Assembly (NCBI GenBank): GCA_031459875.1
Contig: JAVKHQ010000022.1
Span: forward strand, 1-45,938
Direction of reading: 5' to 3'
Length of the DNA: 45,938 nt
Source of the DNA: Candidatus Fervidifonticultor sextus
GTDB taxonomy: Bacteria > Sysuimicrobiota > Sysuimicrobiia > Sysuimicrobiales > Humicultoraceae
The notes under the pieces were generated by a model. The model worked only from the letters and a program-made list of their open reading frames with translations, was not told the DNA's origin and searched no databases. The translations under genes were made by a program, and so were the position numbers. Positions within the stretch are counted from its first letter, which is position 1. Every line of letters begins with the position of its first letter. Positions 20,256-28,635 of the stretch are shown here, in pieces.

Positions 20256-20387
20256 CTACCATGAGGACCGGGGGCGGCGGTCAGCGGAACCGCGCTCATT
20301 CATGGTGAGGAGGGCGTACAGCGGCCAGGCCATGAAGACCACGCCCGGGATGTGCGCGAAGCGGAGAAACGCCAGCACCATCTCCAC
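20256..20387 (-). pseudogene. 43-codon ORF: small membrane protein or truncated membrane-protein remnant
   Basis: GAGGAGGG RBS 8 nt before GTG; MEMVLAFLRFAHIPGVVFMAWPLYALLTMNER... one hydrophobic helix; below the ORF-track cutoff. Confidence 0.4.
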
Positions 20388-21921
20388 GGCATGATCCCTC
20401 CTCGTGGCGTGTCATCGTGCCGATGGCCGCATCGAGTCGGCAGCGGGGGCAGACATCGGGGCTGCGCCACCTCGACGTGCCACCGCCCAGGGCAGCCATT
20501 CTGGCCTCCACCGCGCCTGCAAGTCGGCTCGGCGCCATCGCCTCTTTGCACACCCGGCAGCGGAGCACCATGTCCTGCGCCAGGTGGGTCCGGCCGGCCA
20601 GCAGCGCCGGGTTGATCCCCGGCCTGACGCGGAGGGCTCGTTCGGGGCATGCGTCCTCGCATCGCCGACAGGCCACGCAGAGGGCGTGGTCGAAGAGCAG
20701 GGTCGTCCGGGCCAGGGTCTGGCGGCACTGCAGCGCACCGGTCGGACAGATGGTCGCGCACACCCCGCAGACGGTGCAGCGCTGACGGTCACATTCCACC
20801 AGTCCCAGGGGCGCGCGCGCATCCTCGACCGGGGACCCCGGCCCTCGGATCTCAAGCAGCGCCGCCACCCTGGACTTCAGCGTCCCCGCGCCCACCGGGC
20901 GGCGGGGGCGATCCGCCTCTGACACAGGAGACTGCATCGCATCCGTGATCCCGGCAAACGAGCAGAGCGCGTCCAGGGAGTCGACCACGGTCACCCGGCC
21001 CGGATCGATGCCGACAGCGCAAAGCAGGGTCTGCCAGGCGGCGTGGCGGCGCTCCAGCGATGCGCGCGAATGTTGACACGCACCTCGTCCGGATCCGAGG
21101 ACGACTGCCACGCCGTCAGCCCCATGCAGGAAAGCGCTCAGCAGGTGCGCTGCCGACACCGCCACCGCACACCGCAGGGGAATCTCCACGTACGGTGCTG
21201 GCAGCGGCATCCGGCTGTCCTGACAGCGAAAGGCGACCAGGCGCGGCCGGGGGAGCCGCTGGAAGAGCGAGTGAAGTTCGACCTCGATCGCGGCAGGGTC
21301 GGTCGGGGGGTGCATCATCGCCTCGACCGGGCAGGCTCCGACACATCCGCCACAGCCCGTACATCGATCCCCCTGGACCGCCGGTCTGCCGTCCTGGAAC
21401 TGGATGGCGCCGTGGGGGCACGCGTCCGCACACAGACGGCAGCCAAAGACCGCTCGACAGCGCCCCGCCTCGATGCGCGGGGCGACCTCGCGGTCCAGCC
21501 ACGTCCAGCGGGCGAACAGCCCGCGGCGGGTGGAGATCGGCCTGTGCATCCCGTACCGGACGATGATGGAGTCCTGCGACACCTCCGGCGCGGCGTCCAG
21601 CCGCCGCGCGCGGGCGATCAGACGCGTCGCCGTCCTCTCGGGAGGCTCGATCGTGTCGGCAGGGGGCAGGACCAGACTGAACGCCCACGGTGGGATCCCG
21701 CTGCGCTCGGCGGCTTCTTCCACCAGCGAGGCGCAGTGCGGGTCCGAGCAGCAGGCCACGACGAGCGGGCCGGGGGCGCGCCGTCGCAGACGGGCTCCCA
21801 GGGATGGGTCGGTGCAGCACACCCCCTCGACAACCAACGCGCCGTCCTGGCCGAGCCGGGCCGTCACCCGGTCAGCGCCCGGGTGGCGGCTGCAGATGCC
21901 GACTGCCGAGGTGAGCCCCAT
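20296..21921 (-). CDS. Polyferredoxin with MvhD/FlpD-like central domain
   Basis: Four 4Fe-4S-type motifs (e.g. CTGCGGCVGACP, CTVCGVCATICP, CVACRRCEDACP), 'AFLHGADGV', C-terminal CxxC...CPRC. Confidence 0.75.
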   Translation of the reverse strand: MGLTSAVGICSRHPGADRVTARLGQDGALVVEGVCCTDPSLGARLRRRAPGPLVVACCSDPHCASLVEEAAERSGIPPWAFSLVLPPADTIEPPERTATRLIARARRLDAAPEVSQDSIIVRYGMHRPISTRRGLFARWTWLDREVAPRIEAGRCRAVFGCRLCADACPHGAIQFQDGRPAVQGDRCTGCGGCVGACPVEAMMHPPTDPAAIEVELHSLFQRLPRPRLVAFRCQDSRMPLPAPYVEIPLRCAVAVSAAHLLSAFLHGADGVAVVLGSGRGACQHSRASLERRHAAWQTLLCAVGIDPGRVTVVDSLDALCSFAGITDAMQSPVSEADRPRRPVGAGTLKSRVAALLEIRGPGSPVEDARAPLGLVECDRQRCTVCGVCATICPTGALQCRQTLARTTLLFDHALCVACRRCEDACPERALRVRPGINPALLAGRTHLAQDMVLRCRVCKEAMAPSRLAGAVEARMAALGGGTSRWRSPDVCPRCRLDAAIGTMTRHEEGSCRGDGAGVSPLRAHPGRGLHGLAAVRPPHHE

Positions 21922-21968
21922 GCCCCCTCACCGACGCCGCGCGCTCTCCCCGAGGCCCAGGGCGCCCA

Positions 21969-23456
21969 TCAGGACTTCGGCCCATGCGCTTCAGCAGGAC
22001 CATCATCGGCCTCGAGGGGGACGATGGGCAGGATCTTGGCGAGGGTGAGAAACGACAGGCCGCCCAGCGCGTACACTCCCGCCGTGATCAGCCATTCGGT
22101 CGGCGTGGGCGTGTAGGCGCCGGATGGAAAGGGGAGCAGCCGGTGGAATTGCGAGGGGACGACGATAAGCGTCCGCTCGGCGAACACCCCCATCACGACG
22201 AGCCCCGCGGCGACGCCGATCGCTGCCGTCCGGGTGGGCATCAGCGACGGGAGGAGCGCGAGCGCGGCGATCACCGCAGCGGCCATCGCCCATGCGCGGA
22301 GCGCCGCAGCGGGCAGTTCCACGGCGGCCTGGGGAGCCCGAACGGTCATCCACAGGGCCCCGAGCAGCAGGACCACGGCGGCCGCGGCCGCCGCAGGCCG
22401 GAGGGCCGGTGATGGCAGCCGGATGACCCACCGCGCAGGCAGCCCGGGGAACCACAGGATGCCCAGCGGCACGACGATCCCCAGCACGAGATCGAACCAG
22501 AACAGCGGGGCCAGCCGACCTTGCATGATGTCGTAGAAGATGGCCGCCGGGGCAGTCTCCCGCGCGTAGGTCACGGTGAGCAGTTCGGCAAAGAGGAAGT
22601 ACCCCAGCACCGGGAGGACCAGCGCGAGCACCCGGCCCAGCGAGTAGATGACTTCCTCGGCCACGGGGACGCGGAGCAGCGCCCGCGCCACCACCGTCGA
22701 GAGGATCACCAGGGCCAGGCCTGAGGCCACCGCAGACGCCACGAACAGCGGCGCGATGAGGGCGGAGTGCCAGCCCGGCTGCGCCTTGAGCAGCCCGAGG
22801 ATCCATGCGGTGACGGAGTGCAGGGCGACGGCCATTGGAATGGAGACCACGGCGAGCGCCCTGAGAATCCCTTGATCCCGGTGCACGGCTGCATCGGACA
22901 GATCCAGCCTCCCCAGCGCCAGCCACCGGTACAGCCTCTTCCGGTGCGGCAGCAACGCCATCAGTTTGACGACGTCGCGTCTGGCACTGAAGTAGCCCAG
23001 CGCCAGTGCGGTCAGCAGATACAGGATGATCACGATCACGTCCCATGTCAGGGGAGACCCAGGCCGCCCGTAGATCAGCAGGTGCCAGAGCCGTTCAGGG
23101 CGTCCCAGATCCAGCGTGATGAAGATCGTCGCGAGGACCAGACAGCTGATGGCGCCCAGTTCGGCGATCCGGCCCACCGGTTCGAGGCGGCGCACGCCCG
23201 CGGCGTGCGCCAGGGCGGCGACGATGATGCCTCCCGCCGACAGCCCGATGAAGTAGACGAAGTTCACGATGTAGAGGCCCCAGGTGACCTGCGTGTTCAG
23301 CCCGGTCACGCCCAGGCCGAAGGCGAGTTGCCGGGTGATGTAGGCATAGCCGGCCGCCAGGACCACGGTGGCCAGGGCGGCGACGGCGACCCAGTAGGCC
23401 GGCCCGGCCGTGGTCAGGACACGCAGGAGCGGATGTTCCCCACGGACCCTGGCCAT
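21969..23456 (-). CDS. NrfD/PsrC/DsrP-family membrane anchor
   Basis: 'VTWGLYIVNFVYFIGLSAGG', 'DLGRPER', 'SPLTWD', 'LHSVTAWI'; GGAGG RBS. Confidence 0.9.
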   Translation of the reverse strand: MARVRGEHPLLRVLTTAGPAYWVAVAALATVVLAAGYAYITRQLAFGLGVTGLNTQVTWGLYIVNFVYFIGLSAGGIIVAALAHAAGVRRLEPVGRIAELGAISCLVLATIFITLDLGRPERLWHLLIYGRPGSPLTWDVIVIILYLLTALALGYFSARRDVVKLMALLPHRKRLYRWLALGRLDLSDAAVHRDQGILRALAVVSIPMAVALHSVTAWILGLLKAQPGWHSALIAPLFVASAVASGLALVILSTVVARALLRVPVAEEVIYSLGRVLALVLPVLGYFLFAELLTVTYARETAPAAIFYDIMQGRLAPLFWFDLVLGIVVPLGILWFPGLPARWVIRLPSPALRPAAAAAAVVLLLGALWMTVRAPQAAVELPAAALRAWAMAAAVIAALALLPSLMPTRTAAIGVAAGLVVMGVFAERTLIVVPSQFHRLLPFPSGAYTPTPTEWLITAGVYALGGLSFLTLAKILPIVPLEADDGPAEAHGPKS

Positions 23457-23461
23457 CGTCC

Positions 23462-24181
23462 TTAACCTCCCGTCAGGTAGTAGACGCGAGGGCGCGTGCC
23501 CAACTCCTCCAGCAGCCGGATGGCCCGGCGGCTGTGAGCCAGCCGGTGCACCTCGCTGGTCGGATCGTCCAGGTCGCCGAAGGCGATGGCCTTCGCGGGA
23601 CACGTCTGCGTGCAGGCGGTGACGTAGTCCCCGTCCCTGAGTTGGCGCCCCTCGGCTTCGACCCTCCGGCGGGCCTGCTCCAACCGGTGGATACAGAACG
23701 TGCACTTCTCCACCACGCCCCTGAACCGGACCTCGGGGCCCTGCCGGCCCCCGGTCCGCGGGCGCCGCGGACCGGTGTCCGGGTTCAGGGCACGGGCCAT
23801 CGGCGTCGGCCACCGGGGGGCCAGCCAGTTGAAGTGCCTAGCCCCATACGGGCAGGCCACCATGCAGTACCGACAGCCGATGCACCGATCGTAGTCCTGG
23901 ATCACCAGCCCGTCCTCGCGCTTGTAGGTGGCGCCGACCGGGCAGACCTGCACGCAGGGCGGCTCGTCGCAGTGCATGCAGGGCCGGGGGACGAACTGGG
24001 CCCGCACGTTGGGGTAGTCGCCGTCGAGGTGGGTCAGCAATTCCATCCAGAAGATCGCCCGCCCCCGTTCGGCTTCCTCCGGACCCGCGAACGGCACGTT
24101 GTTCTCCGCCCGACAGGCCGCCACGCACGCCTGGCAGGCCGTGCACTTGTCCAGGTCGATCACCATGCCCCAGCGCGGCAT
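23462..24181 (-). CDS. NrfC/PsrB-type four-cluster Fe-S protein
   Basis: CTACQAC...C, CMHCDEPPC...CP, CIGCRYC...CPY, EKCTFC...ACTQTCP. Confidence 0.92.
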   Translation of the reverse strand: MPRWGMVIDLDKCTACQACVAACRAENNVPFAGPEEAERGRAIFWMELLTHLDGDYPNVRAQFVPRPCMHCDEPPCVQVCPVGATYKREDGLVIQDYDRCIGCRYCMVACPYGARHFNWLAPRWPTPMARALNPDTGPRRPRTGGRQGPEVRFRGVVEKCTFCIHRLEQARRRVEAEGRQLRDGDYVTACTQTCPAKAIAFGDLDDPTSEVHRLAHSRRAIRLLEELGTRPRVYYLTGG

Positions 24182-24190
24182 CGATCTCTC

Positions 24191-26593
24191 CTATGCCCGG
24201 GCGATCCTGACCCGGGTGCTGAACCAGGCGGCATTGCCCCCCAGGTAGTCGTACTCGTTGGCGGTGATCTCGTTGGGATTGGCGCCGCGGCCCGCCGCCC
24301 ATCGGCCGTAGGCCCGGTGGCCCAGTTCAAACGGCATGGCAATCACGTCGGGCCTGGCGCCGGGGAAAAGCCTGGCGCGCGTCTTGAGGCGGCCGATGGG
24401 GGACTCGATCCAGATCCAGTCCCCTTCGCGGATCCCGAGGGAGGCAGCGACCGTGGGGTTGACCTCGGCCCAGCCTCGCCACCGCTCCCGGAGGTGCGGG
24501 CCCAGCATCTCCTGGAGGTTGGGAACGTTGGCTCCCCGGCCTTCGGCGTGGGCCATCAACTTGTAGGTCACGAGGACGAAGGGATAGGCCTTGGGGTCGC
24601 CGACGTGTCGGATGGGTTCGTAGTGGGGCAGGTAGACGAGGTCGCCCCGGGCCCCGATCTTGAGGCCCCTGAGGATGTCCTCCAGGGCCTGCTCGGGGGT
24701 CACACCTCTGCGCTCGGCGTCGCTTCTGGCCAGTTCGTCCAACTTGTGCTGGAGCGTCTGGGAGAAGAATTCGAACTTCCCGCTGGGCGTCTTGAGCACG
24801 CGTTCCCACTCCCCGAAGCGATAGGGGGGATCGGCCCAGACGCCGCGGCGCGTGAACTCCTTCCACCAGCCGTCGAAATCCGCCGCGCGGAACGACCCCC
24901 TCCCGGACTCCCAGATCCCCCTGGCCCTGAACTGAATGACCTCCAGAAAGGTCCTCCAGGGGAAGCTCCGTGCGACCGAGCCCCCCAGCCTGCGGGCGAT
25001 CTCCAGGAGCACGTCGCCCGCGTTCCTCGTGTCATGCAGCGGCTCCACCACCGGCTGGCGGATCGCCCAGACGGGGTACCCCAGACTGGGGTAGATTGTG
25101 TCGTCGTGCCACCGCTCCAGATAGGTGTGGTCGGGCAGCACCAGATCCGCCTGGGCGGTCGTCTCGTCCATGAACGGCGAGAAGGTGACGATGAAGGGGA
25201 CCTGCCTGAAGGCCTCGTAGTACCGCGCCACGTTCGGTGACGAGAAGAGCGGGTTGGTGTAGTAGAGGATCACCGTGTCGACCGGGTAGGGGTCCCGTGC
25301 CAGGAGCGCCTCGGGGAGGTGGGCGTAGACGTTGGCGGCGAGCGGAAAGCGCGCGGTGCCCGCGTGGTCGATCCGTGGCCGCTTCCCGCCGGCTTCGGCC
25401 ACGTCGTCCTTGACGATGTCCGGCCACTTCGTGAAGGGAGGATCGTTCTGCACCAGGATCCCGCCGGGGGCATCCACGCTGCCGACCAGCGCATTGAGGG
25501 CGTGGATCGCCATGCGGGCGTAGATGCCGTTGGTCTGCATGCTGCTGCCGCGCTCGCCGGCGGCGATGGCGGGACGGGTGGTCGCGAACTCCCGCGCCAC
25601 GCGGACGATGACGTCTGCCGGCACCCCGGTGATGCTCGAGACCCGTTCCGGTGGATACTCCTCCAGGACCAGCCGCTTGAAGCCGCGGTGGAGGCGTTTC
25701 TGCTCGTCCTCCCAATCCTCGAACCCGAAGGTGCGTTCGGCGAGGAAGGCGTGGTCGTACAGCCCGTCCCGCACGATGACGTGGGCGATGCCCAGCGCCA
25801 GCGCGCCGTCAGTTCCGGGCCTGATGGGAATCCACTCGTCAGCCTTGGCCGCGGTGATCGAGAACCGCGCGTCCACCTGGACCAGCTTTCCGCGGACCGG
25901 CCGGCCCCGGCGCATGTGCCCGTAGGCCCGGAGTAGCCGGGTGGTGGGCCGCCACGCCTCCAGGAAGGCGCCGCCGAAGCAGAGGAGGTAGTTGGTGTGG
26001 TCCCAGTCGTAGCCCGCGTAGTGCTTGAAGCCCTGGGTGAGGTAGTGGCCGAGTTTGCTCCCGTCGGCGCAGATGCTGGAGTGGCCGACATGGTTGGGAG
26101 AGCCGTAGGCGGCGAGGAACCGGTCCCACAGAGCCCCCATCTGACCCCGGTTGCGGCCGCTCATGACGACCAGCCGGTGCGGCTCGCCGCGCTGGCGGAG
26201 GAGGCGGAGCCGGTCCACCAGCATCCCGATGGCCTCGTCCCACGAGATGGACTGCCACCGCCCGCTCCCCCGCTCCCCGACCCGGCGCAGGGGGCCGGTG
26301 ACCCGATCCGGGTCGTAGAGGATCTGGAGGCCGATCTGCCCCTTGGGGCACAGGCGCCCTTCGTTGATGGGATGCAGGGGGTTGCCCTCGATCTTCACCG
26401 CGCGGCCGCCGACGACGCGGACCAGGAGCCCGCACCCGGCAGGGCACTGCAGGCACACGCTGGGGACCCACCGTTCGTCCGGGCCCGGCCCGGACGGGCC
26501 GGCGGCTAGACGCCGGCTCAGGCCCGGTCCGGTGGTGCTGGCCACCCCGACCGCGGCGGAGATCTTGAGGAGCATCCGGCGGGTCAGCCGCAT
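24191..26593 (-). CDS. Tat-exported Mo-bisPGD oxidoreductase related to ArxA/ArrA/PsrA
   Basis: TRRMLLK leader; CLQCPAGC...LCPKG 4Fe-4S; 'YGSPNHVGHSSICADGSK' Mo-ligand Cys; 'YDWDHTNYLLCFGGAFLEAWRP'. Confidence 0.88.
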   Translation of the reverse strand: MRLTRRMLLKISAAVGVASTTGPGLSRRLAAGPSGPGPDERWVPSVCLQCPAGCGLLVRVVGGRAVKIEGNPLHPINEGRLCPKGQIGLQILYDPDRVTGPLRRVGERGSGRWQSISWDEAIGMLVDRLRLLRQRGEPHRLVVMSGRNRGQMGALWDRFLAAYGSPNHVGHSSICADGSKLGHYLTQGFKHYAGYDWDHTNYLLCFGGAFLEAWRPTTRLLRAYGHMRRGRPVRGKLVQVDARFSITAAKADEWIPIRPGTDGALALGIAHVIVRDGLYDHAFLAERTFGFEDWEDEQKRLHRGFKRLVLEEYPPERVSSITGVPADVIVRVAREFATTRPAIAAGERGSSMQTNGIYARMAIHALNALVGSVDAPGGILVQNDPPFTKWPDIVKDDVAEAGGKRPRIDHAGTARFPLAANVYAHLPEALLARDPYPVDTVILYYTNPLFSSPNVARYYEAFRQVPFIVTFSPFMDETTAQADLVLPDHTYLERWHDDTIYPSLGYPVWAIRQPVVEPLHDTRNAGDVLLEIARRLGGSVARSFPWRTFLEVIQFRARGIWESGRGSFRAADFDGWWKEFTRRGVWADPPYRFGEWERVLKTPSGKFEFFSQTLQHKLDELARSDAERRGVTPEQALEDILRGLKIGARGDLVYLPHYEPIRHVGDPKAYPFVLVTYKLMAHAEGRGANVPNLQEMLGPHLRERWRGWAEVNPTVAASLGIREGDWIWIESPIGRLKTRARLFPGARPDVIAMPFELGHRAYGRWAAGRGANPNEITANEYDYLGGNAAWFSTRVRIARA

Positions 26594-26665
26594 CCGTCAC
26601 CCTCCATCTCTAGCCCGAACGGCGAGGTGGCATAGCACGAAAGAACTATATCCAAAATCGCTACC

Positions 26666-26711
26666 AGGGTATCGACCCTCGGTCGCGGGCACAATCGGGT
26701 CGCGACCGTAG
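26666..26711 (-). promoter_or_regulatory. Molybdoenzyme operon promoter: box CTACGG-TCGCGA-CCCGAT (26711-26694) plus -10 TACCCT (26671-26666)
   Basis: 22-nt spacer. Confidence 0.6.
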
Positions 26712-26739
26712 GGGCGCCACGGGCGCGGCCGTCACGACG

Positions 26740-27330
26740 TCATCTGCACCGAACAGGCCTGGCAGGTGACCGTCTCAAGGCCGACGACCTCGCCAGGAGG
26801 ATCCCCTTCGCAGCCGGCCACAGGCAGTCCCCCAGCCACGGCTGGAGCAGGTGGATATCCGCGGTGACAGCCCAGTAGTCGGGCACCGGTCCACCCGGCG
26901 GGTGGATGAGCACCGCGGTGCGAACCGCAAGGGCCCCGGCGTCCGTGACGATCCCGACGGCCCAGGCCAGGGACTCGCCGGTGCGGGCGGTCTCGTCGAA
27001 CACCAGCACGCGCCGGTCGCGCACCCGGTCCCGCAGCGACGCGGTGACCGACCGCTCGGTCTGACCCGAGCCGCGCTCACGCGCCGGCGGCACCACAAGC
27101 GTCAGCAGGTCGCAGCGCAGCAGCGACGCCAGGATGGCACCCGGGACGTAGCCGGCCCGGGCGAGCGCCACCACCACCTCGGGCCGGCCGTCAGCCTGGC
27201 ACTGCTCAGCCAGCCGACGGCACAGGCGCGCCAGATCCGCCCAGGAGACCCGGATCCACCCGCAGGGCCGGGCCTCCCGGGCGCCCGGCACCCACTCCGC
27301 GCCGTTGTGTTCCTGACCGGTGAACGCCAC
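26740..27330 (-). CDS. Type I phosphoribosyltransferase-domain protein
   Basis: 'EVVVALARAGYVPGAIL', PRPP loop 'VLVFDETARTGESL'; AAGGAG RBS before GTG. Confidence 0.75.
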   Translation of the reverse strand: MAFTGQEHNGAEWVPGAREARPCGWIRVSWADLARLCRRLAEQCQADGRPEVVVALARAGYVPGAILASLLRCDLLTLVVPPARERGSGQTERSVTASLRDRVRDRRVLVFDETARTGESLAWAVGIVTDAGALAVRTAVLIHPPGGPVPDYWAVTADIHLLQPWLGDCLWPAAKGILLARSSALRRSPARPVRCR

Positions 27331-27347
27331 GGCGCTCCTTCGGCAGG

Positions 27348-27845
27348 CTACCGCCGCGGGAGGACGACGAGGTAGCCCACCATGCTGGGCAGGTGGCTCG
27401 AGCAGACGATGCGGTAGAATCCCGGCCGCGATGCCCGGAAGTTCACCGTCGTGACCTGCCCGCGCTTGACGGTGAACGCCGGCACATTGATGCCCTCGAT
27501 GAAGGAGGTGTGCTCGGCGCCGTTGATCCCGATGATCTCCAGCGTGACGTCGTCGCCCTCGCCGGCGAGGATGAAGCTCGGCTGCCACTGGTAGGTTGAG
27601 ACCTCCCAGCGTCCGGTCCCGTCGGGCGCCTTCAGCACGTAGCCCGGCCCTGCGGTCAGCGCCGGGGAGTTGGCCGGGTACGGCTCGCTGGAGACCGTGG
27701 TGCCGCCTTTGGGCTCCACGGCCGCCATGTAGATCGTGCGCTTCGCCGGCGCCGACTGCCCGGCGCCTGAGCGCGGCAGCGCCAACGCCACCGCCAGCAC
27801 GATGACCCCCAACCCGAGCATCAATCCCACGCGTGTCGTGTTCAT
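27348..27845 (-). CDS. Exported cupredoxin (type 1 copper)
   Basis: Signal peptide, 'GINGAEH...CSSHLPSM'; GGAGGT RBS. Confidence 0.82.
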   Translation of the reverse strand: MNTTRVGLMLGLGVIVLAVALALPRSGAGQSAPAKRTIYMAAVEPKGGTTVSSEPYPANSPALTAGPGYVLKAPDGTGRWEVSTYQWQPSFILAGEGDDVTLEIIGINGAEHTSFIEGINVPAFTVKRGQVTTVNFRASRPGFYRIVCSSHLPSMVGYLVVLPRR

Positions 27846-27918
27846 GTCCGTCACCTCCCTGGTGCTCATCCTGATTCAGGGGTGACGGCGGGGGTAGAGA
27901 CGTTGGGAGGCCGGCGAT

Positions 27919-27932
27919 GGACCAGAAGTCCC
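27919..27932 (-). promoter_or_regulatory. DevR/DosR-like box GGGAC-TTCT-GGTCC upstream of the cupredoxin
   Basis: Similar to the GGGAC-N4-GTCCC DosR core; lies next to a DevR-like regulator gene. Confidence 0.35.
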
Positions 27933-27984
27933 GGGACCCTGGAACCGAAAGCCGCCTCCGGCGTGGGAGGTCGGCCTGCGGGCG

Positions 27985-28635
27985 CTAGGGCCGGATCCCC
28001 CGGCGCGCCGCATAGGCGGCCGCCTCGGTCCGCCGCCGGAGCTGGAGTTTGGCCAGGAGGGTCGTCACGTAGTTCTTGACGGTCTTCTCGCTGATGTGGA
28101 GGGTCTCGCCGATCTCTCGATTCGTGCGTCCTTCGGCGATCAGCGCCAGGACGCGGCGCTCCTGGGGGGTCAGGGGGTCGGGGGCGGATTCGTCGCCGGA
28201 CGCCAGGCGCCGGAAGCGGTCGAGCAGCGTGGCGGTGACCGCGGGGTCGAGCACCGAGCCGCCCGCAGCCGCCACCCGGATGGCGTGGATCAGGTCTGAG
28301 GCGGCGCTGCCTTTGAGTACGTATCCCGCCGCGCCGGCGACCACCGAAGCCTCCACCGCCTCTTCGTCTGCATACGAGGTCAGCATCACCACCTGCGTCT
28401 GTGGCCTGGCGGCCTTGATCTCCCGGCAGGCTTCGACGCCGGTCCCGTCCGGCAGTCGGACGTCCATGATCACCACGTCGGGATGAGCGCGTCCCGCTGC
28501 CGCGATCGCCTGGGCGACCGTCGTCGCCTCTCCGACGATCTCGAACTCGGGCCGGCTGCCAAGCAGCGCGCGGAGCCCGAGCCGGACCACCTCGTGGTCA
28601 TCCACGATGAGCAGTCGCACTCGGTCGGTCGCCAC
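27985..28635 (-). CDS. DevR/DosR-like NarL-family response regulator
   Basis: 'VDDHEVVRLGL', 'DVRLPDGTG', 'TNREIGETLHISEKTVKNYVTTLLAKL...RRTEAA'; start 28635 or 28644. Confidence 0.9.
   Translation of the reverse strand: MATDRVRLLIVDDHEVVRLGLRALLGSRPEFEIVGEATTVAQAIAAAGRAHPDVVIMDVRLPDGTGVEACREIKAARPQTQVVMLTSYADEEAVEASVVAGAAGYVLKGSAASDLIHAIRVAAAGGSVLDPAVTATLLDRFRRLASGDESAPDPLTPQERRVLALIAEGRTNREIGETLHISEKTVKNYVTTLLAKLQLRRRTEAAAYAARRGIRP

Noticed and set aside
26632..26660. AT-rich patch with weak ATAG-N10-CTAT dyad in the molybdoenzyme leader
   Set aside because: Only 4-bp arms; too weak to call an operator.
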